NCBI GenBank assembly: GCA_963820525.1
Contig: CAWGAA010000003.1
Coordinates: forward strand, 704,001-768,000
Length of the DNA stretch: 64,000 bases
Direction: 5' to 3'
Origin: an uncultured Spirochaetota bacterium
GTDB lineage: Bacteria; Spirochaetota; Spirochaetia; SZUA-6; Fen-1364
Each line of letters begins with the position of its first letter. The first letter of the stretch is position 1. Both the position numbers and the translations under genes were made by a program. The notes beneath the pieces are model-generated. The model was not told where the DNA came from. It saw nothing but the letters and a program-made list of their open reading frames with translations, and did no database searches. This document shows, in pieces, positions 43,601 to 53,918 of the stretch.

Positions 43601-44904
43601 ATTCTCCTGTTTACATGGCGCCGCAGAAACAGGAAATACGCGATTCCCGTGACGATGCTCGCCAGAACCATGCCCGCGGCGGCGCCATTGGTTCTGAAAG
43701 CATACACGAGGTACAGCCCGATCGTCAGCGTGAACAACGCCCCCACGGTCTGGGACCAGAATAGAGAGCTGGTTCGCTGAACCGATTTCAAGCCAATGAC
43801 GAGTCCCTGCGTCACGGCCCCCGCCAGGGTCGCAGCCCAGAGGTAGGGGAGCAATGCAAGGAAGCCGCCGTAGTAGGGGCGGCGGTAGATGAATACCACC
43901 ATCCATTTCTGTGCCAGGAGAAGGAATGCGAGGTACGCGCAGGAAAGGGCGACGTTTGCCGCAATGATCCTTCGAAGGATCGTCCCGAGGGAACGATCGC
44001 CGAGGCTGGCATGCTTGCGGGAAACAAGCGGCAGGAAGAGCATGCTCAACGCCGTCAGGCTCTGCTGCAGGGGTCGGAGGAAATTCTGCATCGCCTGGTA
44101 TGCGCCGGCTTGTTCCAGGCCGGCAAAAGACCCCACGAGAGGGATATAGAGGGTGCCGCTCATCCAGAAGACGAACGCGGAGCCGACAATCCATTTCCCG
44201 TACTGCCAGTGCTCCGACGCCACACTCGCGATGGCTCGCGATGCCGTGCGCCAGATCATCTCCTTCAGCCTCATGCCGAGGGAATAGAAAATCACGACGC
44301 CCGCCGCGACGCTGGCTGCCGCCATTGAGAGAAACGCGGAGAAAGTCGACGCCATCCTCCTGTCATGGATCAAAAACAAGGCGCCCAGGAGGACGAGGCA
44401 ATAGAGGAAACTTCCCCGCACGGCGAGATCGGGACGAGTCTGCGCATAGCACGCCGCGCGCAGCAGCCAGTAGAAAAGAATGAATGGCGAAGCGGCGGCA
44501 AGAGCAAGTATGGAGAGCGCCAGCGAGGACCCCGAAGCCTTCTCGACCAGTCCCGCTATCGTCAGCACCACGCTCAAGCCGATGGCCAGCCCGCCGTGAA
44601 GCCAGACGAGAGTGTAGGTATAGCGCCGCATTTCTTCTGCGTGGCGCGAGGGTCCCACGACGTATATCGGGTCCAGGATGAAGGCGTTATGAAAGCCGGA
44701 AATGAAGAGGAAAATCGAGAAGGCGATCGCGTAGATGCCGTACTCGGCGGGAGAAAGCCACCGGGCCAATACGAGGGTGAGGAGGAAGTTGGATCCCGAT
44801 GCGAGGCCCTGATCAAGAACGCTGAACAGGGATTTAACGCCCCACTTCTTCAGGAGAATCCATGCGGAATCGATCAGCCCTCTCAGGCCATGGAGGGAAG
44901 GCAC
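43597..44904 (-). CDS. wzx: Polysaccharide flippase (Wzx/MOP family)
   Basis: DQGLASGSNFLL..VLARWLSPAEYG; about 12 hydrophobic segments. Confidence 0.82.
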   Translation of the reverse strand: MPSLHGLRGLIDSAWILLKKWGVKSLFSVLDQGLASGSNFLLTLVLARWLSPAEYGIYAIAFSIFLFISGFHNAFILDPIYVVGPSRHAEEMRRYTYTLVWLHGGLAIGLSVVLTIAGLVEKASGSSLALSILALAAASPFILFYWLLRAACYAQTRPDLAVRGSFLYCLVLLGALFLIHDRRMASTFSAFLSMAAASVAAGVVIFYSLGMRLKEMIWRTASRAIASVASEHWQYGKWIVGSAFVFWMSGTLYIPLVGSFAGLEQAGAYQAMQNFLRPLQQSLTALSMLFLPLVSRKHASLGDRSLGTILRRIIAANVALSCAYLAFLLLAQKWMVVFIYRRPYYGGFLALLPYLWAATLAGAVTQGLVIGLKSVQRTSSLFWSQTVGALFTLTIGLYLVYAFRTNGAAAGMVLASIVTGIAYFLFLRRHVNRRI

Positions 44905-45797
44905 GCTCCCTCCTTCGCGGCAATGAGATTATTGACGCCTGATGGAACGCGGGGCGGATGGATTGGCGTGCAGTCTTCTCCGTCCCGGCAGCACCAGATG
45001 CGATACCCGTTGCGCGCGAGGAGGGCGAACAGCTCTTCGGGTGTGTACCCGAAGCTGGCATAATTCTCCGGCTCGTATTCGAAGATCCAGACCGGCGCCT
45101 CTTCCACCGGGAGCTTCAAAAGCGATGCCGAGCCGAGAAAAACCATCAATTCCGCACCCTCGACATCGACTTTCACGAGATTGGCTTTTTTCCTCTTCTG
45201 GGCGAAGTAGGTGTCCAGCCGAATCGATTTCACGCGAATGGCCTTCGCCACTTCGCGTCCCGGGAGGCGGACCGTCTTCCTCTTCAGCGCGGAAAAGGTC
45301 GACTCGGCGCATACCTCGAACTCTCCCGTCCCATCGCAATCCGAGACGGCGCACTCCCGCACAAGCACGTTGTCCAGGCCGTTGCTGGCGACGTTGCGCT
45401 TGAGAAGATCGAAAATCCGCGGATTCGGCTCGAAAGCATGGACTTCACCGTCACGCCGGACCGCGCGCGCTCCAAGCAATGTGTATTTCCCGATATGGGC
45501 GCCGACATCGACGAAAGTCATTCCCGGCTTCAGGAACCGCAGGACGAGCTTTTCAGTCTCGGGTTCGGAATAGCCCTGGTAGAAGAGCAGGGAGCCCTGC
45601 CCGTCATTTGCTACGGCAATCGTGAAATGCCCATGGAACGGGAGCAGCCAGGGCTTGCGAAAAAACCTCCACCGGAGCCGCCACAGCAGGCGCCGCCAGA
45701 GGGCTCGAGCGGGATTGCGCCGGAAATCCGAACGTCGGATGAGGCCCCGTGCCAGGAGACGGTATTGCTTGAGGGAGATTCTCGGGAATGATCTCAA
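44883..45797 (-). CDS. FkbM-family methyltransferase
   Basis: FVDVGAHIG, AFEPNP, VKVDVEGAE. Confidence 0.9.
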   Translation of the reverse strand: MRSFPRISLKQYRLLARGLIRRSDFRRNPARALWRRLLWRLRWRFFRKPWLLPFHGHFTIAVANDGQGSLLFYQGYSEPETEKLVLRFLKPGMTFVDVGAHIGKYTLLGARAVRRDGEVHAFEPNPRIFDLLKRNVASNGLDNVLVRECAVSDCDGTGEFEVCAESTFSALKRKTVRLPGREVAKAIRVKSIRLDTYFAQKRKKANLVKVDVEGAELMVFLGSASLLKLPVEEAPVWIFEYEPENYASFGYTPEELFALLARNGYRIWCCRDGEDCTPIHPPRVPSGVNNLIAAKEGACLPSMA

Positions 45798-45927
45798 TCG
45801 AAAGTCCCCAGGGCACTACTATAGTGGAATGCCGCGCACGTGTCCATGAAGGAGCATCGGGCCTGCCCCGCGCGGTGCGCTTTCGAGATGCAATTGACGA
45901 AAGACAGCCGTTCTGGTATCGATACGA

Positions 45928-48536
45928 ATGAGAGAGGACCGACACTCCAGGGAGGCGAATTCCATCGCAAGGTCTCAGAGGACCTCCCCAGAATCCTCCG
46001 TTCGCGATCGCAGCGCCAAGAGGTCCGCGCAGTCTCTGCAGCACACGGCGGACGAGATACTCCAATTGCTGGAACACCGGGGGATCCCGTACTGCATCCT
46101 TCACGGCTATCATGAATCGCGGCCCGATCTGGCTTCCGATCTGGACATCGCCATGCACCGCGGGAAAGTGAAAGAGCTTTTCCATCTGCTGTGCGCGCAG
46201 GATACCGCCCGATGCATTCAGATCATCGAATACGGGACCACAGGCTATTGTTTCGTCCTGGAGAACCGGGACGGTCTCGCCGTCCGTTTTCTCCCCTTGG
46301 ATTTCACCACGGAGTATCGCCGCAAAGGGCATGTCTTTTTTTCGTCGGATGAGCTTCTTGCGGATCGGCGCCGCGCGGGACGCTCCTGGATCTCGTCCCC
46401 GTCCGTGGAATTCCTCTACACGCTCGTCAAGAAAACGCTGAAGGGCAATTGTCCCGAGAGACAGCGAAAACGCCTGCAGGCCCTGAGCCTCGAGCTCGGC
46501 GAGGACGCCGCCACAAAAGTACAGCGGCTCTTTGGAAAGAAGCTGGCGGATCGCATCCCCTCCTGGTTGAGCGATGACGGCTCGAGTGCCTTCCAGGAGA
46601 ACCTCCCTCTTCTCCGTCGAGCCCTCCTGCGAAAAACGTTCCCGCTCAGCCCCCTCGCTCTCCTCCGCTACTGGCTGCCGGAGATTGGGCGGCTCTGGCG
46701 GCGAATCCGCCGTCCCACGGGCATGTTCGTCGCTGTTTTCGGGCCCGACGGCGCCGGCAAGAGTACGCTCATCCGGCATCTTTCAGAGCGCGTCAGAAAG
46801 GCTTTCCGAAACAACGATCGTTTTCATCTGCGTCCGGGAATCATGCCGTCGCGATTAGCAGCGATCCCGGCGGATGATCCTCATGGCAGGCCGCCGCAGC
46901 CATGGATTCGCTCCACCCTGAAGATCGCCTATCTCCTCCTGGACTATTCGCTGGGGTACCTCTGGAGAATACGCCCCAGGCTCTCGAGGTCATCCCTGGT
47001 TCTGTTTGACCGCTACTACGATGACCTGATGGTGGACTCACGCCGCTACCGGTATGGCGGACCTCCATGGCTCGTCCGTCTGGCTCGCCGACTCGTTCCC
47101 ACGCCCGATATGTACATGTTCCTGGACGTTTCCGAAGATGAGCTTGAAGCCAGAAAAAGGGAGATGTCTCGCGAGGAATTGCGGCGGCTGCGGGGGGCAT
47201 ACCGGAAGCTGGCTTTGCAGCTTCCAAACGCCATCCTCCTGGACGGGTCTCTCCCGGCGGCGACGGTGGCCCGCCATGCAAGCGAAATGGTCCTCCATTA
47301 CCTGAGAGATCGGTGTCGAAGGAGCTTTCGACGGCGGGGCGGCGGCGACCGCCGCGCCATGACAAGCCTTCTTCTGCAGATGCTGGGCGATCCTGCTGGG
47401 GGCGATTCGACGGATCAAAGACCGGGCAGGGGGTACGCGCTCCTCCCCCTGGATGATGGAAGGGGCTTGCTTCTTCCCCTCGAGCGCGGGCGCACCGCAT
47501 CGAGTGCCCTGGGGCTTTACAGCGCCCAGAGGCCGAGGGCGAGGGCGGTGAAGGCCCTCCTCGGCGCGGGAATGAGGTGCGGCGTCGCTCAGCCCTTCCT
47601 CCGGAGGATCGGGCCGGACGAAGGCTCCGTCGTGTTTCCCCTGCTCGAGCACCTGGCGCAGATTCTTGGACGGAGCGACCTGAGCTTCGCCATGTCGCTC
47701 GGCACACCGGGCCCCGATCAAAAGCCCGTCATCCAGGGGACCGCTCCGGATGGCAGCGTGCTGGCCTACGTCAAAGTAGGATGGAATCGGGCGACGAAAG
47801 ATCTGGTGCAGAGAGAAGCTGAGTTCCTGACCCGGATGAAGAGCATCGACATCCACTCCTGCGTCATACCGGAGCCGTATCATGCGGGCTCGTGGAAAAA
47901 TCGGTTCCTCCTCGTCCAATTGGCGCCTCAAAAGAAGGCGCTTCCCGCGCCGCGGGAGATGACCCAAAAGCATGTGTCGATTTGCCAGGAATTGGCGGGC
48001 ATCCATACCCGTCGGCAGCCGCTCACGGAGGCCGCATTCTGGTTGCGCCTCGTCCAACGGGTCCGGCGGATCCCCAACGCCTGCCTCCGTCACCTCATTT
48101 CGCGCGGAATGCGCCGCCTGGAAGCACAGCTTGGCGGACTTCGGCTCGCTTTTCATCTCTGCCATGGAGATTTCGCTCCCTGGAACATGCTATCGTTGAA
48201 TGGGACGCTGTTCCTCTTCGACTGGGAGTACGCGGATTGGGAAGGGCCGCCTGGATACGACCTGTTCCATTTCAACTTCCAGACCAGGCCCTGCTCCAGA
48301 GACAGCCGCCCGCGCGGATCCGAAAGGAGCTTGGAAAAAACGGGACGTGCGCGAGCTGGATTGGGCGCTATCTGCAGGCACTGGGAATGGGAACGGAGCT
48401 TCTCGAGCCCCTCCTTTTGCTTTACCTGCTGGACCGATTGACCTTCCGCGCCCTTGACGAGCGTGAGAGCTTCTCGACGCTGCTCCGTCTTTCAACGATG
48501 GTCCACCTGTGTCTGGAGGAGGAAGAGAGGCCGTGA
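45928..48536 (+). CDS. Fusion: nucleotidyltransferase-like + thymidylate-kinase-like + APH/choline-kinase-like phosphotransferase (frameshift near 48288)
   Basis: YCILHG...SDLDI; GPDGAGKST, FDRYYDD, PTPD..FLDV; YVKVG, HGDFAPWN, FDWEYA; C-terminal helices continue in the -1 frame to 48536. Confidence 0.75.
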
Positions 48537-49768
48537 TACAGCGCCTGAGGGTCCTGGCATCGGCATACGCGTGCGAGCCGGAAAAGGGATCCGAGCCGGG
48601 CATCGGTTGGAACCTGGTACTGCAAATAAGCCGCTTCAACGAAGTCTGGGTCATCACGCGGAAATCAAACGAGGATGCCATTCGCCGGGCGGGACATCCC
48701 TTGCCACATGTCCACTGGTCATTCTACGATCTGCCCGTCTGGGCGCGTTTCTGGAAAAGGGGGCAGCGGGGAGTCCATCTCTATTACCACCTCTGGCAGG
48801 CAGGCGCATATCTCCAGGCCAGACGGCTGTCCAGGAGAGTCCGCTTCGATCTCGCTCACCACGTCACCTTCGGGAACTACTGGATGCCCAGCCTTCTGTG
48901 GCTTCTTCCCGTGCCCTTCGTCTGGGGGCCGGTCGGCGGCGGCGAGTCCGCCCCTGCCGCACTGTGGAAGTCCTTCGGGGCGCGGGCGAGGCTTTTCGAG
49001 CGCCTGAGGGCCGCCGCGCGCTCGCTCGGCGAGAGCAATCCCCTGGTCAGGCTCGGCGCCCGGCGAGCCAGCCTTGCGCTCGCCGCTACTCCCGAGACGG
49101 CGGCACGTCTGGCGCGGCTGGGGTCCAGAGAGGTGAAAACCTTCGGAAACACGGGCCTGGGGGAGGAGGAGATCGAGCGGCTGGGCTCCGTGCCCGTTCG
49201 GGACGACGGACCTCTTCGGCTGGTGAGCATCGGGCGGCTTCTCCCGTGGAAGGGCTTCCATCTGGGGTTGGAGGCCTTCGCCAGGCTGCTCGCCGCTTTT
49301 CCCGGGAGCACCTATGGGTTGATCGGCGACGGGCCCGAACGTCCCCTGCTGGAAGCCCTCTCACGGCGATTGGCAATTGCCGGCGCCGTCACTTTTCGGG
49401 GACGGCTTCCCCGGCCGCGCGTCCTGGAATCGATGGCGGACTACGACGTCCTGGTCCATCCCAGCCTGCACGATTCGGGAGGCTGGGTCTGCCTGGAGGC
49501 AATGGCCGCGGGACGTCCCGTGATCTGCCTCGATCTGGGCGGGCCGGCGCAGCAGGTGTCCGAAGAGACGGGCTTCGCGGTGCCCGCCTTTTCACGCGAG
49601 CAGGCGGTCGAAGGATTGGCGCGCGCCATGAGGAGCCTCGCTTCCGACGCGGAAATGAGGAAACGGATGGGTGAATCCGCCAGGAAAAGGGCGGCGGAGC
49701 GTTTCGCTTGGAGCAGGAAAGGGGAGCGGATGAGAGAACTGTATGCACGCGCCCGGGAGAGGATCTAG
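48533..49768 (+). CDS. Glycosyltransferase family 4
   Basis: SAYACEPEKGSEPGIGW, GPVGGGE, GRLLPWKG, HDSGGWVCLEAMAAG. Confidence 0.9.
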   Translation: MIQRLRVLASAYACEPEKGSEPGIGWNLVLQISRFNEVWVITRKSNEDAIRRAGHPLPHVHWSFYDLPVWARFWKRGQRGVHLYYHLWQAGAYLQARRLSRRVRFDLAHHVTFGNYWMPSLLWLLPVPFVWGPVGGGESAPAALWKSFGARARLFERLRAAARSLGESNPLVRLGARRASLALAATPETAARLARLGSREVKTFGNTGLGEEEIERLGSVPVRDDGPLRLVSIGRLLPWKGFHLGLEAFARLLAAFPGSTYGLIGDGPERPLLEALSRRLAIAGAVTFRGRLPRPRVLESMADYDVLVHPSLHDSGGWVCLEAMAAGRPVICLDLGGPAQQVSEETGFAVPAFSREQAVEGLARAMRSLASDAEMRKRMGESARKRAAERFAWSRKGERMRELYARARERI

Positions 49769-51244
49769 GTGCCACGGGCTTCTCTCCTGGGCGTCCCGCC
49801 CAGGATCATCATATACCGCGGCGTCATTGCGGGCGCTGTGCTCGTTACCGGAATGCTCACGGGACTCTCCGTCGTGGACACCCCCTGGATCGCCTGGGCG
49901 CTGGCGGCAGTCATGGCGGCTGCCGTGCTCTTCATTGCGCCCGCCCACATCCGCATCGGTGCTGTCGTGCTGGCGGCGGCATGTTCGAGACTCCTCGTCG
50001 CCACAGGGGTTGTCTCCAACTTTGCGAACTTCTTCCACTTTCCCCTGGCGCTCGGTGTCGCCCTCATCTCCGCCATTGAATCGACGACAAAGTCGCGCCT
50101 CAAGCGGCCGCTTGAAGTGGCGTCAATCTCTCTCCTCGGGGTCTCCCTTGTTAGCTGGCTCATCAATCGAGGAGAGCTCATCCGCCCCTTCCTGGATTGG
50201 CTTGTTTTCGTGGAGCCCCTTTTGATCGTGTACGCCATCGTGAACATGCCCCCGGATCACTCCAAGGTGAAGGCGCTGTGGATGCTGGTCCTCCTTATCC
50301 CCTTTGCACAACTGATTCTGGCTGCATACCAGGCGCTGACCCTGGGTCTGGGTGATCCCGTTCAGGGATTCTTCGTCGACATGGGCGCCGGCGCCCACGT
50401 TGCGGGAGCCGTCTCCTTGATGGGGACCCTGACCTGCGTTTCCCGGGCCCTTTCCGTCGAGAAAGCGACCTCACGGCTCTCCTGGCTGCTGGGCGCGAGC
50501 ACGCTCTTTCTGGTTGCAGTCGGCGCGGACGCAAAACAGGTCATCATCGCCTTCCTGCCGGCGCTGGTCATGCTCCTTCTCATTTCAACTCGCATCCGTC
50601 TCTCCAGGGCCATTTTTGCCCTCCCGCTCCTGGCCGTGCTCGTGCTGGGCGCGTTTTCCTACTACCGTCCTTTGCAGATGGTTCTGGACTGGGCTCTGAT
50701 CAGCCGAGGCGCCCTGGGAAAAGCCCAGGCATTCTCCATGATAGCGGGAAAGCTCTCCGAGAGCGGGGTCCGATGGCTTCTGGGGCTGGGTCCGGGCAAC
50801 TCTGTGAGTCGGGTAGCGCTGATGGGGCTGGAAACAATGGTGAAGCTCGACTCGCCCGTGAGGCTGCTCGGTCTCGGCCCGGCGGCGGTAACGCGAGAGC
50901 TCATGACCCAGACCGCGGCCAACTGGCTGTACTCGTCTTCCTCCGTCTGGAGCTTCGTATCGAGCTGGCTGGCGCTCTTGGGAGATCTGGGCCTGGCCGG
51001 CATCGGCATCTTTCTCTGGACATTCTGGAAATTATGGGTCAGCTTGCGCGCTCGCCGCGGATGGAAGGCGGCCACCGCAAGGGCGGTATTGCTCATGATG
51101 ATCATTCTCGCGTGCCTCTACAGCTGGCTCGAGGAGCCGGGATTCACCTTGATCGCCGCGCTCATCGTGGGGCTCGGCTCGATCGACACCGCATCACAAG
51201 AAATCCTTCCGGAGAAACAACCGGAGAAAAGCCCCGCGCACTGA
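49769..51244 (+). CDS. Polytopic membrane protein, probable Wzy-type polymerase/O-antigen ligase-like
   Basis: About 11-12 TMs, late periplasmic loop with LLGLGPG, then LGDLGLAG; located among GT genes. Confidence 0.6.
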   Translation: MPRASLLGVPPRIIIYRGVIAGAVLVTGMLTGLSVVDTPWIAWALAAVMAAAVLFIAPAHIRIGAVVLAAACSRLLVATGVVSNFANFFHFPLALGVALISAIESTTKSRLKRPLEVASISLLGVSLVSWLINRGELIRPFLDWLVFVEPLLIVYAIVNMPPDHSKVKALWMLVLLIPFAQLILAAYQALTLGLGDPVQGFFVDMGAGAHVAGAVSLMGTLTCVSRALSVEKATSRLSWLLGASTLFLVAVGADAKQVIIAFLPALVMLLLISTRIRLSRAIFALPLLAVLVLGAFSYYRPLQMVLDWALISRGALGKAQAFSMIAGKLSESGVRWLLGLGPGNSVSRVALMGLETMVKLDSPVRLLGLGPAAVTRELMTQTAANWLYSSSSVWSFVSSWLALLGDLGLAGIGIFLWTFWKLWVSLRARRGWKAATARAVLLMMIILACLYSWLEEPGFTLIAALIVGLGSIDTASQEILPEKQPEKSPAH

Positions 51245-51254
51245 GGAGACGACA

Positions 51255-51905
51255 TTGCAGAAAAGAGTGCAGTGGATACTGCGTCACGTGAAAGGCCCCC
51301 GCGTTCTCGACATCGGGTGCGCCGGCTACCTCCCCGATGCCTCATCGGCCTGGTGGCTCCATGGCCGGCTCTACAGCCTTTTCCCCCAAGTGGTCGGAAT
51401 CGATTACGATGAGAAAATCGTCGGGGACCTGGCGGCCATGGGCTACCAGCGCATCCACCATGCCGACGCCCAGAGTTTCCAGCTCGCGGAGCGGTTCGAT
51501 ACCATTGTGGCCGGAGAGGTGATCGAGCACCTGCCAAACCCTGGAGTCTTCCTGGAGCGGGCGCGACATCATCTTGCTCCCGGCGGCAGGCTGATCGTCA
51601 CAACGCCCTCGGTCTTCTCGCTCGCTCACTTCCTCTATGCGCTGGTGCATTTTCCGCATACCTGCCCGAATCCAGGGCATACGGGCTGGTTCTGCCTGGA
51701 GACGCTTGCGCGCCTGGCTGCACTCAACGGCTTTCGGATCCGCTCCTGGGACCTGCTGGAAGATTACCGCTTCGATGTCCCGGCGCCGCTGTATCGCCTT
51801 TTCATTGCCGCGCTCTCCATCACGCGTCCGCTGATCCCGAAACGCCTGCGGGCAAACACTCTGGCCTTCATTCTGGAGCCCAATGAAGATACTCCTCGTC
51901 CATAA
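51255..51905 (+). CDS. Class I SAM-dependent methyltransferase
   Basis: VLDIGC, GID, FDTIVAGEVIEHLPNP, GGRLIVTTP. Confidence 0.88.
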   Translation: MQKRVQWILRHVKGPRVLDIGCAGYLPDASSAWWLHGRLYSLFPQVVGIDYDEKIVGDLAAMGYQRIHHADAQSFQLAERFDTIVAGEVIEHLPNPGVFLERARHHLAPGGRLIVTTPSVFSLAHFLYALVHFPHTCPNPGHTGWFCLETLARLAALNGFRIRSWDLLEDYRFDVPAPLYRLFIAALSITRPLIPKRLRANTLAFILEPNEDTPRP

Positions 51906-53052
51906 TCACTACCTCCAGTCCGGCGGCGAAGACGCCGTTTTCGCCGCGGAAAGCGCCCTCCTCGACCGTCACGGCCATCAGGTGGCGCGCTATGTGGAGG
52001 ACAACCGGCGGATCGAGAAGATCGGCCGGTCGGCGGCGGCCGTGCGTGCCGTATGGTCTTCCCCTGCGAAGCGGAGAGTGCTTCGCCTCCTCCGCCGCGA
52101 GCTGCCGGATGTGGCTCATTTCCACAATACCTTCCCCCTCATCTCCCCGTCGGCATACTACGCGTGCCGCGAGACCAGTACCCCCGTGATCCAGACTCTC
52201 CACAACTTCAGGCTCCTCTGCCCGAACGCTCTTTTCCTGCGTAATGGACGTGTATGCGAAGACTGCATGGGCCGGCCTCTGCCCTGGCCGGGAATCGTCC
52301 ATGCCTGCTACCGGAAGTCCCTTCTCCAGAGCGCCGGCGTGGCCGCGATTCTCGGGCTGCATCGCCTGATCGGTACCTGGAACGGCCGTGTTGACCTCTA
52401 TATCGCGCTGAGCGAGTTCGCCAGGGAGAAGTTCGTCATGAACGGCGTCCCGGCGGAGAAGATCGCCGTGAAGCCGAATTTCGTGCATCCCGACCCCGGG
52501 GGGAACGCGGGCGGCGGATCCTACGCGCTTTTCGCGGGAAGGCTCTCCGAGGAGAAGGGGATCGAGACGCTGCTCGATGCATGGCGAACGCTGAAGAACA
52601 TAGAGCTTGCCGTCGCCGGTGACGGCCCCCTCATGGGGAGAGTTCGCGCGCTGGCTGAATCCCACCCCGAGACGGGAATCCGGGCATACGGCCGGCTCCC
52701 GCATGAGGAGGTGCTCCGGCTGATGAAGAGCGCCCGCTTCCTCGTATGCCCGTCTCTGTGCTACGAGAGCTTTCCCATGGTGATTGCCGAAGCCTTCGCC
52801 TGCGGGCTGCCGGTCGTTGCGACCGACATCGGGGCGGTCGCGGAGCTGGTGGTTGACCGGCGCACGGGAAGGCGCTTCCGCGCGGGTGATCCCTCAAGCC
52901 TGGCGGAAGCGGTGGCATGGCTGTGGTCGCACCCCGAGCAGGCGCGGGGCATGGGAAGGGAAGCGCGTCGGGAGTTCGAGACGAAGTACACCGCGGAGAG
53001 GAACTACGAGCTTCTGCTCGATATCTATTCCAGGGCGATGAGAAGCCGCTGA
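51883..53052 (+). CDS. Glycosyltransferase family 4
   Basis: HNHYLQSGGED, HNTFPLISP, TLHNFRLLCP, GRLSEEKG, YESFPMVIAEAFA. Confidence 0.92.
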   Translation: MKILLVHNHYLQSGGEDAVFAAESALLDRHGHQVARYVEDNRRIEKIGRSAAAVRAVWSSPAKRRVLRLLRRELPDVAHFHNTFPLISPSAYYACRETSTPVIQTLHNFRLLCPNALFLRNGRVCEDCMGRPLPWPGIVHACYRKSLLQSAGVAAILGLHRLIGTWNGRVDLYIALSEFAREKFVMNGVPAEKIAVKPNFVHPDPGGNAGGGSYALFAGRLSEEKGIETLLDAWRTLKNIELAVAGDGPLMGRVRALAESHPETGIRAYGRLPHEEVLRLMKSARFLVCPSLCYESFPMVIAEAFACGLPVVATDIGAVAELVVDRRTGRRFRAGDPSSLAEAVAWLWSHPEQARGMGREARREFETKYTAERNYELLLDIYSRAMRSR

Positions 53053-53068
53053 TGGAGGGGATGCGCGC

Positions 53069-53857
53069 ATGACGGACGCGAGCGCAGGCACCCTGAGAGT
53101 CGACATCCTCGGATGCGCCGTGGACCGTCTCACGATGCAGACCGCACTCGAGAAGCTCGAGCGATTGATCGCCTCCCCGGGCAAGCACCAGGTGATCGTG
53201 CTTCCCGTCAACTCCGTCATGACCGCCCGAAGGGACGCGGGATTCCGAAAGATCTGCAACGCCTCATCCCTTGTCCTTCCCGACGGCGTGCCCGTTCTCT
53301 GGGCATCGCGGCTCCTGGGTCGGCCAATCCCCGGCCGTGTGGCGGGCTCGGACCTGTTCTGGGAGCTTTCCCGCCTCGCCTCCCGAAGGGGCTGGTCATG
53401 CTACCTTCTGGGCTCGCGCGCCGAGGTTCTCGAAGCGCTGGAGGCAAGGCTGCGCGAGCGGTTCCCGGGGCTCATCGTGTCCGGCCGGCATGCTCCTCCC
53501 CTGCGCCACGAGTTTCCCGCCGCGGTGACCGACGACATCATCGCGCGCATCAACGCGGCGCATCCCGACATCCTCTGGGTCGGCATCGGCGCCCCCAAAC
53601 AGGAGAGGTGGATCCACGCCAACCTGGAAAAGGTGAATGCGAAGCTTGCCATCGGCGTCGGTGCCGCATTCGATCTGTGCAGCGGCTCCATGAAGCGCGC
53701 TCCCCGCTGGATGCAGCGCTGCGGGCTGGAATGGCTCTACAGGTTCATCAAGGAGCCCCGAAGGCTGTTCAGGCGCTACTTCATCGAAGCGATGCCGTTC
53801 CTTCCCCTGGTCCTGGCACGGCGGTTGAACGATCTGTTCACGGGGCATGGAGTCTGA
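53069..53857 (+). CDS. WecB/TagA/CpsF-family glycosyltransferase (GT26)
   Basis: PDG, RVAGSDL, VGIGAPKQE, GVGAAFD, RAPRWMQ..GLEWLYR..EPRRL. Confidence 0.93.
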   Translation: MTDASAGTLRVDILGCAVDRLTMQTALEKLERLIASPGKHQVIVLPVNSVMTARRDAGFRKICNASSLVLPDGVPVLWASRLLGRPIPGRVAGSDLFWELSRLASRRGWSCYLLGSRAEVLEALEARLRERFPGLIVSGRHAPPLRHEFPAAVTDDIIARINAAHPDILWVGIGAPKQERWIHANLEKVNAKLAIGVGAAFDLCSGSMKRAPRWMQRCGLEWLYRFIKEPRRLFRRYFIEAMPFLPLVLARRLNDLFTGHGV

Positions 53858-53867
53858 TACCGCAATG

Positions 53868-53876
53868 TGCTATACT
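53868..53876 (+). promoter_or_regulatory. Extended -10 promoter element
   Basis: TGCTATACT upstream of 53919. Confidence 0.5.
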
Positions 53877-53918
53877 AGGGGGTACGCATTCATTATCCGA
53901 AGGAATTACGGGGAGAAC

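Noticed and set aside
42434..44194. 586-aa extended glycosyltransferase
   Set aside because: The extension overlaps wzx in another frame; the real start is 43600 with an AGGAG RBS
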